Source: Octopus vulgaris (Eukaryota). From it: a stretch of DNA of 64,000 nucleotides. The notes below the pieces were generated by a model. It saw nothing but the letters and a program-made list of their open reading frames with translations. It did not search any database and was not told the DNA's origin. A program made the position numbers and the translations under genes. The stretch covers positions 100,378,001-100,442,000 of the forward strand of contig OX597817.1 in assembly GCA_951406725.2 (NCBI GenBank), read 5' to 3'. Each line of letters opens with the position of its first letter. Position 1 is the first letter of the stretch. Shown one piece after another: positions 38,975-50,531 of the stretch.

Positions 38975-39885
38975 ATTACTTTCAATATTCATTTGAAAAT
39001 GTTACAAGCTTATCTATTATAAACTTAACCAGTTATATTACTATCACATGTTAATAAATGCACTGAAGTCATTAAACTAATTTACAAGTATATCTCAGAT
39101 GTTTTCTGTTTGTGTTTCACTTCAACTTTGTTCCAATTAATTTCAAATTTGGTATATTGATGTAGTTTTGTATGCTACTTATTGTTTAACATGTTTTTCT
39201 CGCTTGCATGGTAGAAGACTATACCAGGCTTCAATGTCTGCTTTGGCAGGGTCTTTACAACTGGATACCCTTCCTAACACCAACCAATTTACAGAAATTT
39301 TTTGCAATAAATTAATAACTAAACTTTTAAAGCTTGCAAATTTGGTCAAACGAAAGTGTTTGACCCGGTCATTAAAAAAAAAAAAGTGTAATATGTGTAA
39401 AACAACTTCCTCTAAACGAATGACAAAAAAATGCGTGCTCGTGGAGGGGGTGGGGGGAGAGGCCTTGGAAAATTCACATCTTTCAGTCCATGGCCCTATA
39501 GTGTTTGACGGGTCGGAAAAAAAGAAAAAATAGTGTAAAACTACTTGTTCGAAACGATTATCAAGAACACACACACAAAGAGAAATGGTTGGTTCACTGC
39601 AACATTTAAATCTCATTTCAATGTCGATATTTTTGTTGCTTTGAAACCGAGACTTGTTCACTGACAAGAGATGCAACACTAGTTTACCATGGTTTCAAAG
39701 ACCAAAAATATGTAGACACAAACGAAATTTAAATTTTGCAGTGAAAGTAACGGCTTTTGTTGTTCTGGAATTGGTTACAAACATCTTACATGCTGCAAAT
39801 TCTCTTAAATATTCATGTCCCTATTTACAAAACTTGCCACTCTTTAATTTTTTTAATTCTTTATGCCGACAGTTTGTGTTATTAA

Positions 39886-40536
39886 CCCCCTTCGTTACCA
39901 AACCGCCCCCAAAAAATTTTGGTTCATGTGACCAAGCTGCCCTTAATTACCTATTCATATTTAAATGAGAATATCAGAGCAAATCTCTTTAGTACATTCA
40001 TGGAAACACGTGAAGCAAATACCGGGTACTGTTGTGGATTTAGTTTTTATACAGGGAAACTAATGTTAGTCAGCATGGCTTAGGGTATGATGTGGTCTGG
40101 AAGTTTATTGTTTGAAGTGATCAATGCGGAAACAAATATACGCAGATTGTAAACAAACACAAAATAGGAAATCAAATTTCGGAAAACTTGTGAAGCAAAA
40201 TACTGGGTACTATGGTGGATATAGTTTTTATACAGGGAAAATGTTAGTCAACAGGGCCCAGGGAATGATGTGGTCTGGAATTTATCCCTTCCATACCATA
40301 ACCAGAGCCATATATTAGTTTTTGACCGTTTTTTTTTTTTTTTTAGTTCGGTCAAACTTGCGGTGGATTCCACCTTTATGGTACATCTGTTGTGCACAAT
40401 TCTTTATCAAAATTTTGTTGCATACCCATTTGAATATTAGCTGATGATTCATTTTCTATGGTGATGTTTAAACAAAATTTTAATATTTTTACCTCATGAG
40501 GGGTGTATTTTGGTCAGAAATATAGTAATGAAAGAG
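39886..40536. mobile_element. Internally deleted piggyBac-type element, opposite orientation to 31495 and 41216
   Basis: ttaaCCCCCTTCGTTAC...GTAATGAAAGAGttaa; internal sequence is the reverse complement of 31720-32060. Confidence 0.85.
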
Positions 40537-40539
40537 TTA

Positions 40540-40823
40540 AAGGATTTTACTCGAACAAATCGCCCCCAAATCTTATTCTTTTAAACTCTGGTACTTATTC
40601 TATTGAACTTTTTTGCTGAACTGCTTAGTCACAGGGATGTAAACAAACCAATGCCAGTTGTCAAGTAGTGAGGGTGGTACAAAGACACACACATACAACA
40701 GACTTCCAGTTTCTATCTACCAAATTTTCTCACTGGGCACTGGTCAGATAGAGTAGAAGGCATTCGCCCAAAGTGCCATGCAGTGGAACTGAACTTGAAA
40801 CCATCTTAACCACACAGCCATGT
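40540..40823 (-). mobile_element. tRNA-derived SINE (OK-like), head plus tail
   Basis: Reverse complement TGGCTGTGTGGTTAAG...TTCAGTTCCACTGCATGGCAC... with B-box-like head. Confidence 0.7.
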
Positions 40824-41215
40824 CTGACAAAAGAAAGAAAACCATTGAGATGGTCATGGCTAGGCTACCTTTGGTTCATAAGTTTACTTGAATTGAGCAA
40901 GCTCTTTGGCTTAACCACAACATGAAAAGATCAATGTAGTCCATAGCCAAACAGCCCCTCTTCTTTTTGTTACGGAGATTTTAAACACAAGGGTTACTGT
41001 TTGGGGGAGGTCATATTGTATTATATAGTCTTTGACTCAATTCAGCAGTGCCAAACCATAAGTATAGAAACTATTATTTCACTTCAATGGTGTTGGTTAA
41101 TGTATTGATATTAATAACTTCACCACACACATTCAACTCCATAATACTAATAACCACAACAGATAAAGATGATGCTATGGCCTTTACTTTGATAACATCT
41201 TTCTTGCTTATTTAA

Positions 41216-43055
41216 CCCTTTCATTACTATATTTCTGACCAAAATACACCCCTCATGAAGTTTCAATCAAATTCTAAAATAATCATGAATTTAGGCTTGT
41301 TTCATTAAATAACTTTTTTACCTACCAACATATTAATGTGATATTTGGAACATAATTTCTAGGTAACTAAAAAGTTTTAAACTTTGTAAACTGGTAGAAT
41401 GTGTTTATAAAACATCATTTTCTCTTGGCTTTGAGAAAATCCTATAGGTTGTAAGATATTTCGTTTTTAATTTCGAGCATTTCAGCAATTTTAACCAATC
41501 GCTTACGTCCATTTAGGTAAATAACATTCTGTGCATAATGAATATGTCCCTCCTTTAAGAAAAAGATTGGGTTTATTTACATTTGTGAAGAAAAAAAAGA
41601 TACCCTTCCCCAACCCCATAACCCTAAATCTAAGAGAGATTGAAATGCAATAGATCGATACTAGGGCCATAATTATGGGTGACATTTTCATTTGACACCG
41701 CTAGGAAAAAATCCCATTTTCCGTAGCAGTGTCTTGATATATTGCATTTCAATCTATTTTAGATTTAGGGTGAGGGTTAGGGAAAGGGTTTTTTTTCTTC
41801 ACAAATGTAAATAAACCCAATCTGTTTCTTAAAGGAGGGACATATTCATTATGCACAGAATGGACGTAAGCGATTGGTTAAAATTGCCGAAATATGTTAC
41901 AACATATAGAATTTTCTCAATAAAGCCAAGAAAAAAATGATTTATAAACACATTCTACCAGTATACGAAGTTTAAAAGTGTTTACTTAAACAGAAATGTT
42001 GAAAAGTGCCATTCAAAAGGAAAAGATCCATCAATTCCATTGCATACCTTTTGTCTCAAAGTGACTTTAATAAATCCAGGTAAATTGAGCAATAGGTAAA
42101 AATATTAAAATTTTGTTTAAACATCAGCTAATATTCAATTAGGTATGCATCAAAATTTTGATAAAGAATTGTGCCCATCACTAGATCATCAGTTGAATTT
42201 AAGGCACAACAGGTGTACCATAAAGGTGGAATAAACTGAAATACTGGAATCCACAGCAAGTTTGACCGAACTAAAGAAATTGGTCAAGAACTGATACACG
42301 GCCCTGGTTATGGTAAGGAAGTGATAAATTCCAGACCACATCGTTCCCTAGGACATGCTGACTAACATTATTTTCCCTGTATAAAAACTAAATCTACAAC
42401 AGTACCCAGTATTTGCTTCACAAATTTTCCAAACTTTGATTCCACAATTCGTGTTTGTTTCCGCAGGGACCACTTCAAACAAACATACTGAAAAAAAATA
42501 AATGTCTAATGGTTTCGCTTCCTAAGAAAGACTATGGATAGACTGTCTCCTCAGAAAAATTGCTAATAAAAACATTTTTATTTTTTTTTTTTGTTTTTTT
42601 TACCTCATTCCGATGTAAAATCGTCTTTGCGGTCGCCGCTTTCAGTTTCTTCAGAATCACTGCTTTCATTTTCGGATAAAAAAAAAATATCCTATTCATT
42701 ATTGTACACCACGTGCTTTTGTACCTCATTCATTCTTTTTCTCGATATCTCCCTATTTTCCATTGAAAAAGCTTTAAATTTGGAATCACTGCTTGATAAC
42801 ATGAAACTCCTATACATTTTCAAAGTTGAAGAAAAATCGATGCCAAAAAAAAAAAATCTCCCAAAATTCACTGAGATATAACGTTAAGCAATGTCAGATA
42901 CTATAACCCAACTATTTACAAAGTGAAATCACGTGTTTTAACGAATGTACCAATGAGATTTGGGTTCAAATTTGCATTTAAATAACATTAGGTTCTCTTG
43001 GCCAGGTTGGTATTATGAACCAAAAATTTTTTCAGCCGGGTTAGTAACGAAAGGC
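41216..43055. mobile_element. piggyBac-type element with a nested foldback MITE (~41356-42029)
   Basis: TTAA at both ends, same TIRs as 31495; the insert has inverted arms and ends ...AAAAGGAAAAGATCC. Confidence 0.85.
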
Positions 43056-43619
43056 TTAAATTCAGTTCAATGCACACCTGCCTTGAACCAACCATTTTTC
43101 TTTGGGTGTGTGTATGTTCTTGATAATTGTTTAGAACAAGTTTTACACTTATTACACTATTTTCTTTTTGTTTTTGAGTCCGGGTTAGACCCGGAACATT
43201 CACGATGTGAATTTTCCCGAGTCCTTTCGCGAATGCACATCTTTTTGTCATATTCGTTTAGAGGAAGCTGCTTTACACCTTTTGTTTATATGACCAAGTC
43301 AAACGCATTTTAGCCAAATAAGACAGACATATTAGTGCATGTTCCCATAGTAAGGAGCCAAGCTTTTGTGTTGTCCACTGAACTACATGGGAAAAAATAT
43401 TGAAAAACATCAAATTCAGTGACCAAGAAACGAGGAAGGCAGTTATATATATATGCTAAAAACAGCAAATTTCCCTTAGACCACACCTTTCTGTCTGGAA
43501 ATATTCACAATTTTTTTTTTTTTTTACTGAAAAGGCTCCCCCACAAAAATAAGGTGAAAATTGACCCCAAGTGGGATGGTCAGGAAGGAGGTGCAAAAAT
43601 ATAAATTTACAAAAATTTT

Positions 43620-44277
43620 GGATCTTTTCTTTTTGAACGGCACATGTCAACACAATTTCTAGTTAACTAAACACTTTAAAACTTCGTATACTGGTAGAAT
43701 GTGTCAAAATAAAACATTTTTTCTTCTGGTTTTCTTGATAAAATTGTAATTCGTTCGTTTAACGCAGTTTAATTTTTCGAATTTTAACCACTCAATTGCC
43801 TCTAATTGAGCTAAAATCATTTGCTGCATCCAAAACTGAGAAAACATCCTGTCACTAACCCTAAATTTTAGCCATTCGTTTTTCTTTTGTCAAATTAATT
43901 TAAGGATAACAATTAAGAAAAAAAAAAAAAAAAAAAAAAAAAACGAAAGCAATGGAAAAATTTAAACAATTAACAAACAAAATAATTTTATAACATTATA
44001 CACACGCTTTCCGTACGTATACATAACGAAAGGCTAGAACGAATAATTTTAGACACGCGTAAACAATTAAGAAAAAAAAAACGAAAGGCTAATTTTGGGA
44101 GGATGTCCCAGTTTTAGACGCAGCAAATGACTTTAGCTCGAAAAATTAAACTACGTTAAATTACAATTTTCTCAAGAAAGCCAAGAGAAAAAATGTTTTA
44201 TTTTGACACATTCTACCAGGATACGAAGTTTTAAAGTGTTTAGTTAACTAGATGTGCCGTTCAAAAGGAAAAGATCC
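43620..44277. mobile_element. Foldback MITE with long TIRs (Mutator/hAT-like)
   Basis: TIR GGATCTTTTC(T/C)TTTTGAACGGCAC with ~200-bp inverted arms; 8-bp AAAATTTT direct repeat on both flanks. Confidence 0.8.
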
Positions 44278-44889
44278 AAAATTTTTCATAAAAACATGCC
44301 ATCTTACATCATTTCAAAGGCTGTGGTGAAAATTTTTTTAGAAAAATCATTAGAACTTCCGTTGTTTAAAAGCTTTGTTGTATTGTCATTACACATAAAA
44401 TGCCAGCTCCCAAATCTTTTCTGTGTAAAATTTATCAAACCTCTGAAACAAGTAAATACGCTCAGCATAAAAAAATTACATATAACCAAATTTGAAGGCA
44501 AACAACAAAAACGGGAGGGGAGAGGACTCGGAATATTCACAGGCTCCGAAAACCCAACTTCTTGGTCACAAAAATGAAAAAAGTGTATAGGTGTAAAACA
44601 ATGTGCAGTAAACGACTATGAAGAAAAACGCGCGCGCTGACAATTGGGGGCGACGTGGAGAGAGAACTTCAAACCGGAACCATGTGGTTGGGAAGTAAAC
44701 TACTTATACAGAATCACATTTTAATATTGAGTCAAAATATAACCCCAGCATGGCCACAGCCTCAAGGCTGAAACAACAGAATAGAAGGAAAACACAACCC
44801 ATTAAAGCATACCTGTTCTCCCGAGATGTTTTATCTAGCTTTCATTAGATCTTTTACATAATCAACTGTATTCAAACAAAATATTGGTT

Positions 44890-45072
44890 TTTAAATTTGG
44901 CCCCAAGTCAGCAATTTCGAAGAAGGGTTAAGTCGATTGCAGTTTAATTGGTACTTATTTTACCGACCTCAGAAGGACGAAAGGCAAAGTCGACCTTGGC
45001 GGAATTTCAACTCAGAACGCAAAGACAGAGGAAATGAAATGCCCAGCACAATAACGACACTGCCAGCTCGCC
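44890..45072 (-). mobile_element. OR-type tRNA-derived CORE-like SINE
   Basis: Reverse complement GGCGAGCTGGCAG...GTTCTGAGTTGAAATTCCGCC...GGTCGACTTTGCCTTTCGTCC...AAAATAAGTACC. Confidence 0.75.
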
Positions 45073-45108
45073 ATCTTATCCAAACAGAATATTGAAAATT
45101 ATACTTAC

Positions 45109-45208
45109 TTTCAGATCCCCAAGCAAAGTTGCCTGTGTCTAGTCTAAGAGCTCGGAATTTTCTGTTGCCACCTCTGGTTCTTACTGTGTGAACTCTTCTG
45201 GACCCCAG
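45109..45208 (-). CDS. RPS8: 40S ribosomal protein S8, exon 3
   Basis: [33 protein letters not shown]; 100 nt. Confidence 0.97.
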
Positions 45209-45304
45209 CTAGAAAATAATCACATAGAATATACGTTGTTAGTAGAACTAACAACATACATTCACATGGTCGAATAAGGACAGCTACAAACAAGCTCTGC
45301 TTAC

Positions 45305-45411
45305 CTTTGTCATGGCAGCCGGTCTGCCAAGCTCATAATTCCGCTTCTTGCGGATTTGAACCTTACGACCCCCAGTCGCTTTTCGCTTATGCCAATTCGC
45401 ACGACTGATAC
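45305..45411 (-). CDS. RPS8: 40S ribosomal protein S8, exon 2
   Basis: [15 protein letters not shown]...[15 protein letters not shown]; 107 nt. Confidence 0.97.
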
Positions 45412-45515
45412 CTGAAAAATTGAGAAAATTCAGTCTGAATCAGTACTTGCAGCACCGATATTGTGAAAATTTAAAAGATTATTCCTACAGCCTACAGAGC
45501 ACTACTTAAATACAG

Positions 45516-45984
45516 AGGTCCCGATGCATCCACGTAACGATGTTTTTACAGTTCACACTCAGATTTGTACCCCCATTTAAAATTTTGAAGTTTTTCGTAA
45601 TTTTTTCCCCATATACAGGCAGTTAAATATAGAAGCGTAAAGCATAATTTGTTACATAATCTCTATAATAAACATGATATTGATTGGAACAATTCCCCGT
45701 TTGATATGTGTGTGTGGTAGAAATCTACGGATTGCACAAAACAGAAAATGAAATATGGACTTGTTCAGAAACACCCGCGAGCAGTTCACAAAAATAATCC
45801 CCAATTGCCCCTCACGCCAGAAAATCCATGTCCTTGGAATCTGCATAGTCCTAGGTAAATTTGTAGAGAATTTCATTAAAAAAACATCCATTTTCTACAA
45901 AGTTAAGACGCATTGAAAAAAAAAAAATCTACCGAACTCGATTACCTCCCCCTTTCTATAGCTACGTAGATGCGTTGGGAACTA
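45516..45984. mobile_element. Non-autonomous DNA element with imperfect terminal inverted repeats
   Basis: GTCCCGATGCATCCACGTA ... TACGTAGATGCGTTGGGA. Confidence 0.45.
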
Positions 45985-46905
45985 AAGTAGTTTAGACGCA
46001 TAGGCAAATTGAAAGGAACCTGTATAAAATATATTTTTCCATTTACAAGAAAAGGTAATGAAAGTTACATAGCTATGCAATGTTTCCACTTCACGACTGT
46101 TTAATATAGTAGTCACCGACGAGTTGAAACTAATATTTCCACTAGAGCACATTGCTATTATAGATCATTAAAAGTAGTTGTGGCCAGAAAATGTCACCAC
46201 CTAAAACAGGATGTTTGGGTATTCCTTCGTTACAAACAGCGTAGTTGATCGTGACAACTATGCTGTTTGAATCGAAAGAATACTGATGTTTGTGTACGAG
46301 AAATAGTGGTAATACAAAAAAATTACTAACTTACATGCTGATAAAAATGGTTTAATATTAGGCGAATTATTTCTTCAGATTATTGATAAAATGAGGTAGT
46401 ATACACGTATTTGGATTTGTGTATTTGACCAAGTCAGCCATTGATGTGATATCGTTACACTGCCAACACAATTCTACTTCAAGCTAGTATTGCAAAATTT
46501 ATCAAATCCCATGTGCGCCCCCCCCCTTTTTTTTTTTACGAAGACATTGTAGAAAACAATATATAATTAGAATCGGCAAATTCTTGAAACAGTTACAAGC
46601 ACGTGTGCACGAGTACAATAAAAAACGTTTTTCTTGACATGGCAAATCCAGTGCTATGTACACACACAATTCAACTTAAATATTTTCCGCCTTAGATAAG
46701 ATCACGAGGCATTAATCGAAAAAGCATTACTCGTAATGAATTAAAAAAAAAAACTACCTTAAATATATATGAAAAAACTAAATATCAAAAAAGAATTATA
46801 TCTATAAGATTATAATTCAACAATATCAAATTTACCAGTTACATATTCTAAAACATGCGTAGGATTCCGCAGGATTTTTAAAGGATAAGAAAAACAGACA
46901 CTCAC

Positions 46906-46909
46906 CCAT
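46906..46909 (-). CDS. RPS8: 40S ribosomal protein S8, exon 1 coding part (ATG G)
   Basis: ATGG|GTGAGT; exons sum to 4+107+100+176+130+110=627 nt = 208 aa + stop. Confidence 0.92.
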
Positions 46910-46935
46910 GATGGAGTAAGAAGTAAAAGGATCTT
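46910..46935 (-). promoter_or_regulatory. RPS8 TCT-type initiator / 5'TOP leader
   Basis: Minus strand GATCCTTTTACTTCTTACTCCATC-ATG, a pyrimidine tract typical of ribosomal-protein start sites. Confidence 0.75.
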
Positions 46936-47401
46936 CTCATACGATCACGTTGAAAAATTCACTTGTTCGAGATTAGCCAAACGGAAATGAGATTTGGTAA
47001 TAGGTCATGTCCGGTTGTACCATGTGACGTTATTGAGAAATGTTTACGAAGACCTTTTATAAATTGAGAATAAAAACCCTTGGCATGAAACGAAATTAAA
47101 TCGAAACATCGCCAAAACTTCATATAAATATTAATGAATATAATAATTATAAGTAAGTTTCCTTGGCGGTATCTTGGTTTATGCACCCCATATAACCCTT
47201 CATAACATTTTAATTTTTGGAATTTTCTGAAAACTTTTGCGAATGTGTGTTCTAAACACTGGAATTCAAACGATCGTGCAAAAAGTAATTTTTTTAATCA
47301 TCCAAACTCTCTGCCCTGTCCCTAAAATTTCCACTTCCTCTCGATTAAAAAAAAAAATCATAGTTTTAAAATACAGACAGTTGGAATTTGCCATTTATTT
47401 C

Positions 47402-47554
47402 TGTCCGAGTGACAGAGAAGCGAGGAATGTAGTCGTGGGATGTGCTAGAAACAACAGCCAAATCTCCCTTTTGATATAATTTCAAACGGGAGATTTGGCT
47501 GTTGTTTCTAGCACATCCCACGATTACCTTCCTCGTTTCTCTGTCACTTTGACA
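47402..47554. repeat. Near-perfect ~70-bp-arm palindrome (palindromic MITE)
   Basis: GTGACAGAGAA...CAGCCAAATCTCCC / GGGAGATTTGGCTG...TTCTCTGTCAC. Confidence 0.85.
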
Positions 47555-48289
47555 TGTATTGATGCTTTCGAATATTTTTCTCCACATAAATACATGTAAT
47601 GGAATGGTGATGCGTCCAAGGGTGATCCATTTCTGGGATTTAAAGCAAAAAAAAAAAATGTGTAATTTAAATTTATACACACTACCTGCCAAACGAATGT
47701 GAGTATGTTAGAAAAGAAATATACATTTACTAACCAAAAAGTATGCTATTAAAATATCTTTTACATAACTTTTTAAAAAATCACTGGATAAATCCCAGCA
47801 ATGACTTCAGGTTCTCAATCAATATGGGTTAAGTCTAATTTGAGGATCCGTAAGGATTTGTGGGAGGGGGGAATTTAATCCCGAATTTTTTTTTTTTTGC
47901 ATAATCGTGCGAGGTTCATTGTGTAGAATACAAATTTGCAAAATTTTTGAAAATACCAAAAGCTAACAAAGTTAATACTGGTTACATGGTTTGCTTCGTT
48001 CCAGAATCTATAATAGGCCATGCGTATGCGCAAATATCTTGAACTTTTTGAATTTGGATTTCAAAAATTATTTTGAAATTATAAACAGAAACAAATGACA
48101 ATTCGAAAAAGAGTAGAAATTTTAGGAAAAAAAGGAGTGGAGAAAAAAAAATGCATAATCGTATGAATTCCCACAAATTTGCAAAAAAATTTTCTGAAAA
48201 TTCTAAAATATAAAAAAGTTATGAGGTGTCTAAACTGTTTCGCTCTGGTGGGTGGGCCTTCTCAAGAATCTTATATTGCTAAACATTTT

Positions 48290-50390
48290 GGTCTGTTGTC
48301 ATCTCTATGAGGTCCAAAATCTTGAGATCAGTCCTCACTACTTCATCTCATGTCTTCCTGGTAGGGTATCCACTTTGAGTGATCAGCACTTCTTTATATA
48401 GCTGTTTTCATTCATACACATGTCCTAACCAGCATAGTCTTCTGTCTTGCATGCTACTCTGATTCCTCTTATGTCCAACTTTTCTTTCAGCACATTTGTA
48501 CTTTTTTTGTACATGCACACTGATGTTGCATATCAATCAGAGTACACTGGCTTCATACTTCTCAAGTCTACTCATGTCTTCTACATTCAGAGTCCACATC
48601 TCACTACTCTGAAGTATAATAGCTGTTGCTATACTAGCATCATACAATCTGCCTTTCACTCTGAGAGTCCTTTTGCTGCTAACAGTGGTAATAGCTCTCT
48701 GAACTTATTCTATCCTATTCTTTTTCTAGAAACAATACTTTCAGAACATCCTCCACCACTGCTAATTTGGTCATCTAAGTAACAGAAGCTATCTTCAACC
48801 CCAAGAAAGCCTACTGGGCATTTGAAAGAGTCTAACTCCCCTGTGTCCTTACTACTTATTGTTCCTGCACATCTGCCACATAGGAAGACAACTTTCTCTG
48901 TTAACTTACCTGTGTTTCCACAGCGCCTCTTATGTGTCCATTACATGCACTGGGTACAATGATTGGAATTTTTTCCAACATATTGAGCATGACCACTTAC
49001 ATGATAGAAAGAGAGTCGTATCTACTTCTTTGCTAACAACAACTTGGATCTTTGCTAGATTAACTTCAAGGCCTTTTGATTCCAGGTTTTGCTTTCATAC
49101 CTGGAATTTCTTCTCCAATTCTGCTATAGATTTTGCAACAAGAGCAAGTTCATCAGCATTTAGTAGTTCCCACAGGCAGCCTATTTTAAATTCCTCTGCT
49201 ATGACCTGAAGGATTATGGTGAATAAGAGTGGATGAGAACTGATCCCTGGTGAACCCCTACTTATACATTACATTTCTCACTGTATTCATGGCCGAATCT
49301 CATCCTACTGGCAGCACTGTTGTACATGGCTTGTACAGCTTTAACTCATCTACTCCTAACTTCCTTAAAGACCACCAGATAACAGAACAAAGTATTCTGT
49401 CAAAAGCTTTCTCCAGGTCAATTAAAGCTATGTGCAATGGTCTACTTTTAGCCAGATACTTCTGCAACAGTCTCACTAGGAAGATGGCACCTGTGATACT
49501 CTTCTTAGTCACAAAACCAAACTGTATCTCATCTAGTTTACTTCTATTCTTAATCAATTCAGCTATAAATCTGTAACTTTCATGACATGCTCCAGCAGTT
49601 TGACACCTCTGTAGTTGTTGATATTTTAAGCATCTCATCAGTGATTCCTGATGGTCTAGAAGCTTTCCCTGTCTTCATACTCTTAATTGCTACAACATCT
49701 CTATTCTCTCTGTTTTGCAATCCTGAAAACCTCATGCTGTAGAACATTGGCAAATTTCTTACTCTCTGCTATTCCTTTTGCTGTGTAATCCTGTTATCTA
49801 GCTTCCATTCTGGCTACCCAATGTAATTTTCTACTTCCACCTTTTTTTCCAATCTCTCTAGGCCTGTCTCTTTACTTTAATAGTACTGTCTACAACCTTG
49901 TTCAACCATCATATCGCCCTAACCTAGCTGGGGCTTTGCCACAGAATTGGTCTATAGCCCTCAGTAGGTTGTCCCACAGTATCTTTTAACTGTCCTCTAA
50001 GTTATATATCTTCAACTCCTCCTTCTCATCAGAAACTTCCTTTAGAATATCTCTAAATTTCTGTTGGTTTGCTGAGTTTATTTATCTGAGTCCTTCTAGC
50101 TCTAATTCTGAAATTACTCACTGGTACTCTATGTTCAGTTGTGTGTTCTTCACCTGGGAAAGGCTTTGCATTTGTGAGCATCTGTTTATTATATTGTCTG
50201 GTGATGATGTAATCAATTTCACTTATGTGCCAACCAGACTAATAAGCGATCAGGTGGCTGGCTGATTTCCAGAAGTTAGTGTTGCAGATCATGAGATCAT
50301 TTGCATTACGGAACTCCAGCATCCTTTTCCCCACCTTATTCTTAGAGCCAAAGTTGTAACTTCCATGCACATCATGAATTCCAGGAAGAG
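48290..50390 (-). mobile_element. Decayed RTE LINE with AP endonuclease and RT remnants
   Basis: NDLMICNTNF...SEIDYII (APE); QFGFV...IDLEKAFD (RT). Confidence 0.88.
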
Positions 50391-50531
50391 AGAACAGGAT
50401 AACTAGAAAGCAAGGTTTAGATATTTATAGATTTAAATATATATGTATTCCATATATATTGCACCCCCATACACGCATATACACAGGCATACACATAGAT
50501 GTATGCAACACTCATATAAACACATGCATAC

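Larger units (their letters stand above)
36985..39100. repeat. Tandem array of ~600-700-bp units (A-B-A-B), each carrying one SNORD35-like gene
   Basis: snoRNA 5' ends at 37042, 37675, 38369 and 38974; flanks of units 1/3 and of units 2/4 are mutually closer. Confidence 0.9.

Noticed and set aside
36985-39100. Conserved repeats with variable spacers resembling a CRISPR array
   Set aside because: Eukaryotic intron; the spacers are ~600 bp and homologous to each other; the repeats are C/D snoRNAs
41605-43865. TTAGGG/CCCTAA-like motifs (possible telomere or telomerase template)
   Set aside because: Short, degenerate and internal to the foldback MITE family; no pseudoknot or H/ACA context seen
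46430-46510. Possible C/D snoRNA in RPS8 intron 1
   Set aside because: C box is degenerate (TTGATAA), there is no terminal stem, and rRNA complementarity is only ~8 bp
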